DNA of 53,620 nucleotides, counting the filler, from Squatina squatina (taxonomy: Eukaryota), in assembly GCA_031763465.1 (NCBI GenBank). It is 3 parts of 3 records of this genome, joined end to end, with 100 filler letters (N's around TTAATTAATTAA, not from the genome) between each part and the next. Parts side by side here need not be neighbours in the genome. Positions count along the whole stretch, not along the records: positions 1 to 24,380 come from JARFOE010000192.1; positions 24,481 to 39,737 come from JARFOE010000168.1; 1 more part is not named here. One strand, given 5' to 3'. The translations under genes and the position numbers were made by a program. Positions 13,207 to 25,240 of the stretch are shown here, in pieces. Position 1 is the stretch's first letter; each line of letters starts with the position of its first letter. The notes beneath the pieces are model-generated. The model saw only the letters and a program-made list of their open reading frames with translations. It was not told where the DNA came from and ran no database searches.

Positions 13207-13400
13207 GAGATAGGCAGAGTTGTATGGGCTGGAGGAGGTTACAGAGATAGGGATAGTTGTAGTGCTGGAGGAGGTTACAGAGATAAGGAGGGTTGTAGAG
13301 CTGAAGGAGGTTACAGAGATAAGGAGGGGCAAAGCAAAGAAGGATGAGATATTTTTAAATTGAGGCATTGCCGGACAGGGATCCAACGTAGCTCAGTGAG
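13207..13400 (-). mobile_element. L2 LINE fragment with an about 36-bp tandem expansion
   Basis: About 3.4 copies of GAGATAGGGAGGGTTGTAGGGCTGGAGGAGGTTACA, then TTTTAAATTGAGGCATTG as at 29900-29920. Confidence 0.65.
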
Positions 13401-14486
13401 CCCAAAAGAAAATTGACTTCTGTATAGCAATATTACTTAAACACATTAAAAAATAGCAGTTGCTGATGTAGAAGAAATTATGCTTTTTATTTCCCCAGTG
13501 CCAACAGACACTGCTTGTTTCATCTGCAGTGGGAATTGTACCAACCTTAAAATTCAATCTACTAGGTATGAGAATGTGAGATTGGAGAAATTACATGCAA
13601 AAGATGTCAAACTTGCAAACACTGTTATGCCATCATGATATTCGAGTATTTGAATATGAAATACATATGCAATGTTACAGGTGCAAGACAAGTTGACACT
13701 TGCAAATATTTACTACTCCCGCTGTCTGACAGCAAGGCTGGTCATGTCAGAGGAGAATTTATCACTGAGGAGTCTCAACAACTCACTGGGAATCTGAATC
13801 ATCACTGCACTATGTTCAAATAATTGCTGAAAAAATATTCAGATGTATTTTAGGGATATTCATTCTCACTTCGCTGTACACACTGCTTTATTAAAGTGTC
13901 TTTTGCTTTTTTAAGTGTTGATACGCTGCATATGAAAATCCCATTTTAATCAACAAGTAGCAATAGAATGATATAGGTGGCACAACTGCTAGTGACTAGA
14001 CTATAACCACTAGTGCCACATCATGGAGGCAAAGAGGCAAAGAAGCTCTCATCGGGGTTGACATGCATTGAACAAGAATCTTTCTACCATACCGTTAGAG
14101 GAGACTATGCTACAGGGCCGTGTAGCATTGGTGCAAACAATTTATGCCCTTATGTGTCCCAGTGCTTTTACATTCAATAAACTATTCAGAATAATTCTCA
14201 GCTGCATGGCTCTGGGAACCAACAATTAGATGTGAAAGGAGGATCCTCACTCAGTATGCCTACTAGACAGCATTGATGACTATCGCGATTGGCCGTTTTA
14301 TTGATTGACTGGAAGCCTTCATTGACCGTGTCCGTTCCATTTCCCGCACCTCTGCCCTCACCCCTTCTCCTCCCTCCCAGAACCATNNNNNNNNNNNNNN
14401 NNNNNNNNNNNNNNNNNNNNNNNNNNNNNNNNNNNNNNNNNNNNNNNNNNNNNNNNNNNNNNNNNNNNNNNNNNNNNNNNNNNNNN

Positions 14487-15012
14487 AACCGGAGGGGGAG
14501 AGGCCCATCTGCATGTTCTAATCCCCATGGAGGAGCCGGTGTTGGCTATGATGGGAAGGGCCATTGCTGAGGCTGTGGCTACTGGTGAGGCTGAAACTAT
14601 TGAAGATGAGGGTATCTGCATACCTAATCCTCCTTCTCTCATCCTACTTCTCCCTCATCCCAGTCTCTTCTCACTGAGAAGCTGCTGATGGTGTAATAAG
14701 CATGCACTTCTGACTTTCTCATCTCCCCTCAGCACAATCCTATCCTGGTCCCTTTTTCCTTTCAGATACCCAAGAACTGTAAACTGCCCAGGCTGTGGAG
14801 GAAGAGCAAGAAGACAGTGAAGATGAAGACATATTGTCACTTGATTTCACATTTGCAGCCACCAGCTCAGATACTAATACTGCGAGTAATTTAGAGGATA
14901 ATATAGAGGTGGAATCTGCACATGGTGAGACACCAGGTACAAGTGCGCTGCAGCCAGGGCAGGGGGAAAGGATAGTGCAGGTGCCAGCTCACTGTGGGTG
15001 AGGTCACACACT
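14487..15012 (+). mobile_element. PIF/Harbinger Myb/SANT-like gene fragment with intron (degenerate)
   Basis: TGGGEAHLHVLIPMEEPVLAMMG...EDE | intron 14612-14765 (GTATCT...TTTCAG) | DTQEL*TAQAVEEEQEDSEDEDILSLD; TGGG motif plus acidic tract is typical of Harbinger Myb proteins; splice phases agree. Confidence 0.6.
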
Positions 15013-15014
15013 AG

Positions 15015-15235
15015 GGGCGGCCAATTCGTGGTAAATCTTCGAGCGAGAAATCGGCGCAAAATTGGCGTTAAGGCACTTTTAGCGCTAAAACGCGGGCGCA
15101 AAATTCAGGTCCCATTTGCGCCGGCGCTAACCGGGCGCAAAGCCCATAACGCTTGGGGCACTGGCATTAGTCTTAACGCGGTGCTGTGATGTCATCATTG
15201 TGCACAGCGCCCGTCCAGAATTACACAGTGTCACT
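15015..15235 (+). mobile_element. Harbinger-type MITE, family copy 1 (cut by gap)
   Basis: Starts GGGCGGCCAATTC; aligns over more than 200 bp with 30730 and 50217. Confidence 0.75.
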
Positions 15236-15335
15236 NNNNNNNNNNNNNNNNNNNNNNNNNNNNNNNNNNNNNNNNNNNNNNNNNNNNNNNNNNNNNNNNN
15301 NNNNNNNNNNNNNNNNNNNNNNNNNNNNNNNNNNN

Positions 15336-15877
15336 CTCTCTTCCCAGGTACTGCACCCGTCCCCTTCAAATCTGCCGTCATCACCGCTCTCCTTAAAAAA
15401 CCCACCACTGAGCTCTTTGTCGTTGCAAACTAGCACCCCATCTCTAATCTCCCTTTCCTCTCCAAAGTCTTTGAACATACTGTCACCTCCCAGATCTGTG
15501 CCCATCTTTTCCGCAACTCCATGTTTAAATCCCTCCAATCAGGTTGCTGCGCCTGCCACAGTACTGAAATGGATTTTATCAAAGTCACAAATGGCATCCC
15601 TTGTGACTGTGGTAAACTATCCCTCCTTGTCCTTCTCAACCTGTCTGAGGCCTTTGACACAGTTAACCTCACCATCCTCTTCTAAACACCTCTCCTCCGT
15701 CATCTGGCTGGATGGGACAGCACTCAGCTGGTTCCATTCTTATCTATCCAGTCATAGCGTGAGAATCACTTGCAATGGCTTCTCTTCCCGCAAGGAAATA
15801 TCCATAGCCTGCTCCTATATCTCATCTACACGCTGCCCCTCGGTAACATCATCCGAAAACACGTCAGGTTCCACATG
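15336..15877 (+). mobile_element. L2 LINE reverse transcriptase fragment (degenerate)
   Basis: PFKSAVITALLKKP, PISNLPFLSKVFE, LNLSEAFDTV, GTALSWFHSYLS, LIYTLPLGNIIRKH with stops and frameshifts. Confidence 0.85.
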
Positions 15878-17029
15878 NNNNNNNNNNNNNNNNNNNNNNN
15901 NNNNNNNNNNNNNNNNNNNNNNNNNNNNNNNNNNNNNNNNNNNNNNNNNNNNNNNNNNNNNNNNNNNNNNNNNNNNNTGAAAGGCACTACATAAATGCAT
16001 GTTTTTCTTTCTTTCTCAGTTGAATTGTTGCTTGATAACTTCCTGCTTGTCAACTATCATCTTGTATGTGTATCAAACTGCCTGGGTGTGCAATGGGAAC
16101 AGTGGCAAGTTAAATGGCTTTTAATTAACTTTGCTTGTGCAGCAATTGAAACGAAGGGCAGATGGAAACTACCAAGCTTCTTCTGCAAACGATTCTCCAG
16201 TACAACGTTTTAGTTACCCCAAGGCATCAAATTATGTAGTTTTAAATAATTCAGTCACTTAAAATTCCGATTTGCTACTGGAGCAGAAGATGGACACTCT
16301 TGCAGTGCACTAGAATGGTCAGTAACACAACTGATGCATCACTGTGTCATTTCTTTTGTCCCACTCCAATTACTCCAATTAAAATCATTGCAGATTGAGA
16401 ATGTGAAGGTAATGCATCCAGGTACATGTTCTCGTTAAATTAGTCATCAGGACTTGGTGTTATGGGAATGCAATCAAAACTTTTCAGTTCCACTCAACTA
16501 GGAATGATGTTTGCATGTTTGAAATGACTGTATCATGGGTTTAGGCTGAATTAGAAAACCTAATTAATGTTCGGTTAACAAAAGTGCTACCGTGTTGAGT
16601 ATTGAAATCAAAGAACTCCAATTACAAACTCATGGTGTTAAAGGTGTGAAGTCCCGGACGATGTGACATGATTGTACCAATAAAATCCATGTTTCTGTAA
16701 TACTTACCCTATTTCAATCCAACAAAATTACACTAAAGAGTCATTGCAAAAAATGAGATTAATAGACAACAAAACACAAGTGTGTGAAATAAAAATAGAA
16801 AATGCTAAAATGCCCAGTTGGTAGCAGATCAGAAGAACAAGGCTTAGTTTCAAGCATGACCCTGAAATACAACTAAAAAATAACTGATCGCTCTCTCTTA
16901 ATTGCTTATCATCCTGCTGGGCATTTTCCATGCTTGATTTCAGCTACACTTTTTCTTTTTAGGGTGCTTTTCAGCAATTTTTCTGTTACCTTTTTTCATA
17001 ATTATGTGCACTCTTTAGAATGAGACTAG

Positions 17030-17606
17030 ATACCCTAAAGCACCTCACAATCAGTTAATTACTTCCAAAGCGTAGTCACTTTTGTTTTGTGGGCAAACAC
17101 AGCAACGCAACTTTTGCACAATAAGGTCCCAAAGAGTAAGTTCTGACAAAGGGTCATCGACGTGAAATGTTAACTTTGTTTCTCACTACGCAGATGCTGC
17201 CTGACTGCTGAGTATTTCCAGCGTTTTCTGTTTTTATTTAAGGTCCCAAAGAGCAATGGGATAAATGATCATTTAAGCTGTTTTTGTGCTATTAGTCGAG
17301 AGAGCAAAGATGGCCAGGACTTTGGCAGAACTCCAANNNNNNNNNNNNNNNNNNNNNNNNNNNNNNNNNNNNNNNNNNNNNNNNNNNNNNNNNNNNNNNN
17401 NNNNNNNNNNNNNNNNNNNNNNNNNNNNNNNNNNNNGCTCTTCTTTGAAATAGTGCTGTAAGATCTTTTATATACATCTGAGAGGGCAGATTTAACATCT
17501 CATCTGAAAGACAGCACAGCACTCCCTCAGTACTGCATTGGAGTGTCAGCCTAGAATTTATGCTCAAGTGTCTGGAGTGGTACATGAACCCACACAGCCT
17601 ACTGAT

Positions 17607-17637
<31 letters not shown>

Positions 17638-17640
17638 AGC
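17030..17640 (-). mobile_element. Deu-core tRNA SINE interrupted by a hammerhead-bearing insertion
   Basis: Head rc of TGAACCCAC...GAGGCAAGAGTGCTACCCATTGAGCCAC; core and tail run to about 17030. Confidence 0.7.
17137..17238 (+). mobile_element. 102-bp Penelope-derived hammerhead mini-element with 15-bp TSD
   Basis: TAAGGTCCCAAAGAG at 17122-17136 and 17239-17253 flanks AAGTT-CTGACAA-AGGGTCATCGACGT-GAAAT-GTT-AACTT...CAGATGCTGCCTGACTGCTGAGTATTTCCAGC. Confidence 0.8.
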
Positions 17641-19818
17641 CAATACCTGACAAAAGGTGCAAAGTGTGTGAGTAGGAGGTGAAGAAGCTGGAGTAAAAAT
17701 GTGTTGCAGTGATTGTAGGAGACATAAGGAAAGTGGGGCGGGAGTGTTGTGAGTGGCGGGGCTCCAGGTGGTGCAGCTGTGAGGAGAGAGTAACTAAGAT
17801 GAGAGGTAGCTTTCTTTCCTTGACTTGGTGAGTTCATTAAATTTCTTTCAGTATTGCCGCCATGTCCTGGGTACCAGGTTCCTCACATTGACCCCCTCAG
17901 TGACTTTTTCCCTGGAGCTGTTCCCTGGAGGGCTTCCTGCCCCTCCGGGGAGAATAGAATCTCCATCCTCCTGCTCGGAGATGGCCGATTTTTCTCACTC
18001 CCCAAATAGACGTGCAGCCAATAGTCAGCTCCAGTGACACTGGCTGCAGGCCTGGCACATGATAATGAGCTGCCAGCTCCAATTTCACATGACCCTTTGT
18101 GCCCATGTGTAGGCGTGTGCAGCGCACAATCGAATTTCTGGGGCAAGGCCCTCTGTTAAATCTGGGCAACTTGATTGTTTCATCCAACTCACCATGCAAT
18201 TTTAAAATCTGCACAAGTGTTCCCCACATGGGGAATATTTCATTCTGACTATGATACATTTTTAATTATTATTAAGATATGAGAATCACTTATTCTGCAT
18301 CAATTATTTATTCTTACATTGGGGTAGCTGCATTAGAAATACAATCCTCATTAGAAAGAGCAAAACTAATCTTGTTCCCTGACAACGTGATATGAGGTCA
18401 TCTTTAGGATCGTATTATTTAGACATTGCTTTAATAAATCAATGCAAAACCAAAAGTTTTGCTTGTGTTGTACCACATATGTGAGTTTAAATCGAAGTTT
18501 TATGTTCAACCCCTTGGTACACATTTATCAGCTCCTAAGGCCAAAGTAACAGGATGTCAGTGACCTGAAACATCAGCATCTTCTCTTGATACCCTTGTCA
18601 GATAATGATGATACTTCAAATGGACAAAATTTGTAGGGCTAAGGGGAAAGAGCAGGGGAGTGAGACTGATTGGATGGCTTTCAAAGAGCCAGCAGAGACA
18701 CTATAATATGAGGACAAGAGAGGTTGTTGTGAGAAAAGGGAGTGTGTGTGAGTGAAAGCATGGTTGGGAGCTTTGTGGACCCGACAAGGGAAAACCTCTG
18801 CAAAGCCAACAGAAGGATGTACCAGGAAAGAGAAAAAAAACACTGCTCAAGGGTACAAGTAAGGTATGGGTTGGTGGAATAGTCACAAGAAGAGCACAGT
18901 ACATTTTTCTATACTTTACCCTGCACATGTACACTTAAAAACCCTAAAAACTAAATCGGCTCAGATGCCCTTTTAAAAACTGAAACACGGCAAACGAAGG
19001 GCCAATGATATAGAATCATAGTGTTACAGCACAGAAGGANNNNNNNNNNNNNNNNNNNNNNNNNNNNNNNNNNNNNNNNNNNNNNNNNNNNNNNNNNNNN
19101 NNNNNNNNNNNNNNNNNNNNNNNNNNNNNNNNNNNNNNNAACAAAGGGAAGAAACAGGTAACATTTGCACACAGTAAGAGTAATGCATAATATCCTTATC
19201 TTATAAACGACAACTAGAAAGGATGAATTCACACACAGATGTACAAACACACGATGACATCGTAACAAATTATCCACTGAATGTATGTAGAAATAATGCA
19301 CACACAGGAGGATCTGAATACATTTGGCTCATCAGTGAAGCCATTATTTCTATACCAGCTTGAACTGTTTTTAATGACCTTTAGAGTGACTGCATGAGGC
19401 TCCTTTGAAGATGGAGACTTGAAAAGGTTTCCTTTTATTTTCTCAATAAAACTGCATAACACGGCAAATGCTTGCTTCTGAGCGCAAGATGGGTTATTGT
19501 TGAGTACAGTATATTGTAGGACGCGTAGTTAATCTCCATTAATCCTCTAAGGTTCTTCAACACTGGTTCTTTGCTACTTAAAGATAAGCTGAAAATTGGT
19601 ACTTTGACAAAGCAATATTGTACACAATCTTTCAAATACTAGGTAACTTTGGTTATTCTATAGCCACCACAGCGATTATTTTTCTGCTGTCAAAACCAAG
19701 GATTGGAAATTTAAATCAATTCCATTAAAGGAAATGTGCTCTTCATTCCTGAATTTCTTTCTCATCTTATATGATGAATTTAAACAAGTATGACAAATCC
19801 TGTTATGTGCAATAAATA

Positions 19819-19909
19819 GGGGGTGGCCAATTCATCATTTGATTGGGGCACTAAAGTAGCGTTAAATCAGCGTTAACAGCCTAATGCCGATTTTCGGCAC
19901 TAACTTTGG
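19819..19909 (+). mobile_element. Harbinger-type MITE end (related TIR)
   Basis: GGGTGGCCAATTC terminus similar to the 15015 family, different interior. Confidence 0.5.
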
Positions 19910-20819
19910 NNNNNNNNNNNNNNNNNNNNNNNNNNNNNNNNNNNNNNNNNNNNNNNNNNNNNNNNNNNNNNNNNNNNNNNNNNNNNNNNNNNNNNNNNNN
20001 NNNNNNNNNAATTATTCTGCATTAAGTTCACCTTTGGCCCGCAAAACAGGACGTAGTCTGGTTGGTCTCCGGTTATACATCAGCTCCAGTTTCCTTGCCA
20101 TTGTGGAAAGGAGAATCAGGTGGGGTGTATAACAGGCAGCTGATCCACTGCTGCCCGTGCATTGTGCCCTGCCCAAGTTGGATGTTATTCTCAATGACTG
20201 GTGTGGAAAGACTGGAATTCTCACTGCTGTTAGACACTGTCAGGCCTTGGGTGTCACTCTTGTAAATTCCATATTCAATCGTATACTATTAAATCTTTTA
20301 TCAATGCACCACAAGTACCGCACACATTATGTAGCAGTAGTTCCACAACAGTTTTTTTTTCCCCAGACTGTATTAGTTCCATTCACTCAAGATCTCTGCA
20401 GTTCAATTCCCAACAAACAATGTCACAGGAATTGCAGAACAGCTATCCAAATGTCAGCATAACCAACTGAGCTAATGAGTAATCAATTTAGAACATTGCT
20501 GGTAAAACGCTGATCTTATTCAAAAAAGACAAGTAAGCGGTACACAGTGGCTATTAGAATGACAGTGATTTATGTCCAAGGATAGCTGCTCAAGTAATTT
20601 TCTAGGATAAGTTCCCATTATGGCTTTATCCTCAAGTGTGACTTACTTAAGAGTAAAGGGTCTTGAATCTGTTTTTCTAATTGTTCTCCCCTACTGCCCT
20701 CATTAACCCCTGTGCTTTTGGTGGGAGAGAGAGAGTGGGCAGGTGACATGATCTGAAGCCTCCAACCATGTTGCTTTTGAGCCAGTCAATGAGGGACAGA
20801 GAGACTGGCCCAGTGAATC

Positions 20820-21165
20820 TTACAGGGCTTGACAGGGTAGATGCACGGAGGAAGTTCCCCCTGGCTGAGCAGGGGTCACAGTCTCAGGATAAGGGGTCGG
20901 TCATTTAGGACTGAGATGAGGAGAAATTTCTTCACTCAGAGGGTTGTGAATCTTTGGAATTCTCTACCTCAGACAGCTGTGGATGCTCAGTCATTGAGTA
21001 TGTTCAAGACAGAGATCGATATATTTTTGGATTGTAAGGGAATCAAGGGATACGGGGACAGTGCAGGAAAGTGGAGTTGAGGTAGAAGATCAGCCATGAT
21101 CTCATTGAATGGTGGAGCAAGCTCAAGGGGCCAAATTGCCTACTCCTGCTCCTATTTCTTATGTG
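20820..21165 (+). mobile_element. CR1 LINE 3' end
   Basis: RGHSLRIRGRSFRTEMRRNFFTQRVVNLWNSLP...FKTEIDIFL plus 3' UTR CCTACTCCTGCTCCTATTTCTTATG. Confidence 0.9.
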
Positions 21166-21944
21166 ATGACTGTTTCTATGATTTTCCTCTTCATCACTGT
21201 GCGGACTCCTCTTCAGAGCAGCCTAACTGAGATCAGCAGCACTCCTGCTCCTCCTGAGCCCACCAAAAAATAATTAAAAGATTCAATTTTTTGAGTGGCT
21301 TCTAGTGGTCCCTTTAAACGGCAGAATCCACCTATTTGTACCTGTAAAATGCAATTGGAGTCCTCCAACCAGTGTAGAACCTGATTTGCATATTTAAGCA
21401 GCCACCCGCCTGTTTCAGGTGGACAGGTTGTTTGACTGTTTACAGGCCAGTTAGGTGGACCTTGTTTGGCAATGGGGTGGCTGAGGTGCCCCTTCTTCTC
21501 TCCAACTCACCTCCCCGCACCCCCCACACCCCGATTTTCAATTAATGGCTCCCCGATTTTCAGGTCCCAACGAATTGTCGTGAAATCTACTGTGAAAGAG
21601 CCAAAAGAAGATATGAGAATGCAACTTGGAAAAGGTGCCTGGGAAAAACCTTTACAAAAGGTTGCAGAGGTCCAACCGAACGGGATTTGGACTAAGGGAG
21701 ATTGTCTCGGCAATCCTAACGTCACACCTAACTCATGCACACCTGCTAAATCTGGATGACATAATGGAGTGACTTAAGAGCCTGGCCGGAATGAAGGATG
21801 AGCATTGTATACAGGTCCTCATATGTTTTAATCATGGCAATACGNNNNNNNNNNNNNNNNNNNNNNNNNNNNNNNNNNNNNNNNNNNNNNNNNNNNNNNN
21901 NNNNNNNNNNNNNNNNNNNNNNNNNNNNNNNNNNNNNNNNNNNN

Positions 21945-22335
21945 GCAGTTCTGGTCACCATATTATAAAAAGGATACAGAGGCACTGAAGAGGGTGCGGA
22001 GAAGATTTACAAGGATGATACCAGAAATGCGAGGCTATACATATCAGGAAAGGATGAACAGGATTGGTCTCTTTTCTCTTGAAGAAAGAAGGCTGAGGGG
22101 TGACCTAATTGAGGTCTTTAAAATTATGAAAGGTTTTGATAGAGTGGATGCAGAGAGAATGTTTCCACTTGTGGGCAAGAGCATAACTAGAGGCCATCAA
22201 TATAAGACAGTCACCCAGAAATCCAATAGGGGATTCAGATTAAACTTATTTACCCAAAGAGTGGCGAGAATGTGGAACTCACTACAACAGGGAGTGGTTG
22301 AAGCGAATAGTATAGATGCATTTAAGGGGAGGCTA
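21945..22335 (+). mobile_element. CR1 LINE ORF2 C-terminal fragment
   Basis: RRFTRMIPEMRGYTYQERMNRIGLFSLEERRLRGDLIEVFKIMKG...FTQRVARMWNSL. Confidence 0.9.
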
Positions 22336-23479
22336 GTATATTCCTATGTAATGCTATGCAAACTTCCGCGCTGTGATGATCTCCTGTCTCTGCCACCACT
22401 TTCTCTAACAAAGAGATCTGATGCTACGCTCATGATGTTGTGTTTGCCAAAAGGATCCTCTTTGATTGGTTCCATAAATAATGTTCTACTCTGTTCACTC
22501 TTTAGAGGTTCTGCTGGCCTGCTCTAATGCTTTAACACCAGATGCAATTATGTATAATTAACATAATTTGCAAATCAACTGAATCCTGAGTAGTTTTGTT
22601 CGGTTTCCCTTAATTGTTGCAAAGTAGCAAAAATAATGTGAATGTCAGAGCAGTGCGTTCATGTGATTTACACATATTTACTCATAGGAGGAAAATGAGG
22701 AAAACGAACAGAGCTCGCACCCACATCAATTATGTAATTTGCGGAATTACCAGATCTTCCAGCATGATTTACACATCCTCTAGCTCCCAGTGCTCAAATG
22801 AACCCTCCTTTTGTTCAAACACAAACCAATAAAAACTCCATAAAGATGGTGGTCTTTTAATAAAGGTTCTTAATCTACGGTGTAAGGAGAGAAAAAACAA
22901 CTGCTTTGATTATTTCACACAACTGCAAACCTCCAGTGTATTACGAACAAAGACATTATGAAAGCAATCACTGAGGAAGATTACAAAAGGAAGTTAAAAA
23001 AATCTAAAGCTGTACTTATTTNNNNNNNNNNNNNNNNNNNNNNNNNNNNNNNNNNNNNNNNNNNNNNNNNNNNNNNNNNNNNNNNNNNNNNNNNNNNNNN
23101 NNNNNNNNNNNNNNNNNNNNNGTGTAAACAGAGTCTGATTGAGTTGGAGAAACTGCATGGCAAACCTTGGGGAGGGGCAAAATCCTTAGACTGGTTCTGC
23201 TTATTGTGTCTGTGTGTTTATTATGGATGGGCTTGACAACACTCATTTAACAGGCACAGATGCAAGAGTGAAGCTTGAATGGTACCGAAATCTAAAATCA
23301 CCTGTTAGATTTAACCTTGCATTTAACAGTGGAGTTGAAATTCTAATTAGACACCATGAAAATAATCAAAGATGTCCAAGTTAGATAATGTATCAATATA
23401 GCAGATTGGTGTTCTAGATGCTGCAGGCATACTATAAAACCAAACTAAAAACATCTGAGAACTTCATTACATAAATCGA

Positions 23480-24380
23480 ATTTACAGCACATAAACGGGC
23501 CAACCGGGGTTTATGCTCCTCGAGCCTTCTCTCACCCTGGTTCGTCTAACCTTATCAGCATATTCTTCTATTTCTTTATCCTTCATGTGATTATTGAGCT
23601 TCCTTTTAATTCCCTTTATTTGCCTCAACTACTGCCATGTTGTAGTAAGTTTCACATTCTAACCACTCTCTGGGTAAAGAAGTTTCTACTGAATTCCTTA
23701 TTGGATTTATTACTGACTACCTTATATTTATGGTCCCTAGTTTTTTTACTCTCCCACAAGTGGAAATATCTTCTCTGGTTACCCTATCAAACCCCTTCAG
23801 AATTTTAAAGCTATCTAAAAGGCCACCTCTCAGCTTTTTCTTTTCTAGAGAACAGAGCCCCAGCCTGTCCAGTTTTTCCTGATAGTTATAACCTCTCTGT
23901 TCTGGTATCATCCTTGTAAATCTTTTTTGTACCTTCTCCAGTACCTCTATATATCCTTTTTATAAACTGGAGACCAGAACTGTGCACAGTTCTCAAGTGT
24001 GGTCTATGAACGTTCCAAACAAGTTTAACACAACTTTTCTGCTTTTCAGTTCTGTTGCTCTAGAAATGAACACCAGTGCTTTGTTTGCATTTTTTTATGA
24101 CCTTGTTAACTTGCGTTGCTACTTTTAACGATTTGCGAATGTGTACCCCAGATTCCTTTGGTTCTATACTCCATACAGACGTTTATTTTCCAATGTATAT
24201 GTGGCCTCCTAATTCCTCCTACCAAAATGCATTACTTCATACTTATATTGAAATTAATTTGCTATTTACATGTCCATGCTGAAAGTTTATTTACAGCTTG
24301 CATTTTGTTGCATTGTTCCTCAGTGTTAAGTGTACCCCCCAATCTAGTGTCATCCACAAATTTTGAAATTGTACTTCTGA
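23480..24380 (-). mobile_element. CR1 LINE ORF2 fragment
   Basis: MIPEQRGYNYQEKLDRLGLCSLEKKKLRG; ISKFVDDTRLGG near 24335-24370. Confidence 0.85.
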
Positions 24381-24424
24381 NNNNNNNNNNNNNNNNNNNN
24401 NNNNNNNNNNNNNNNNNNNNNNNN

Positions 24425-24436
24425 TTAATTAATTAA
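24425..24436. other. Artificial scaffolding linker
   Basis: TTAATTAATTAA (stop in all six frames) centred in 44N+12+44N = 100 bp. Confidence 0.9.
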
Positions 24437-25123
24437 NNNNNNNNNNNNNNNNNNNNNNNNNNNNNNNNNNNNNNNNNNNNACAAAGAGAAAAGGTTTTTC
24501 TAATTAGAAATCACATGAATAATAAAAGATTGAGGCTGTCACAACACTGCTCCTGTATCCTTTTTACAAGGATTTTAATTGGTGCTGCCAGATTCCCATA
24601 GACATGAATGCACCGATGTGTAGTGCTGCAGTAATTCGGATTTGAATGAATGGCTTTTGTTAGTGTTGAGCTGTGAGGTGTGGACAAGCTAAGTTTGTGC
24701 TTTTTTTCAATACATTGCAAAAATGCCTGAAAACCTTGTGAGAAGTTGTTCTTCTGCAATTATTTGATTCAGCTTGGTGTATAACTATATGCACTCCAGA
24801 GAGTTTTAGCATTTATTTTTGCACAGATTATTGATTATAATTTTAAATAATGCAATGGTTAAAGTAACTCTTGGGATAATAAAACCACAGGAGCTGCTGA
24901 GTTTACTTACATAACAACAGTCACTGCACTCCAGAAAAATAATTCATTGTGGGAAGCGGTTTGAAACATGTCAACAGCATGATAAGGCACTACAATGTCC
25001 CAAAGAACTTTACAGCCCATGAANNNNNNNNNNNNNNNNNNNNNNNNNNNNNNNNNNNNNNNNNNNNNNNNNNNNNNNNNNNNNNNNNNNNNNNNNNNNN
25101 NNNNNNNNNNNNNNNNNNNNNNN

Positions 25124-25240
25124 GGGATAGTGCAGGAAAATGGCATTGAGGTAGAGGATTAGCCATGATCTTATTGAATGGTGAAGCAGGCTCGAGGGGC
25201 CAAAGGGCCTACTCCTGCTCCTATTTCTTATATTCTTATG
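25124..25240 (+). mobile_element. CR1 3' UTR
   Basis: Near-identical to 21055-21165. Confidence 0.8.

Noticed and set aside
12679-13386. 235-aa ORF as a single gene
   Set aside because: Chimera of an L2 tandem repeat and an RTE fragment joined across a gap.
19435-20230. Possible minus-strand terminal exons (SKEPVLKNLRG...; ENSSLSTPVIE...)
   Set aside because: Short open frames with no recognisable homology or linked exons.
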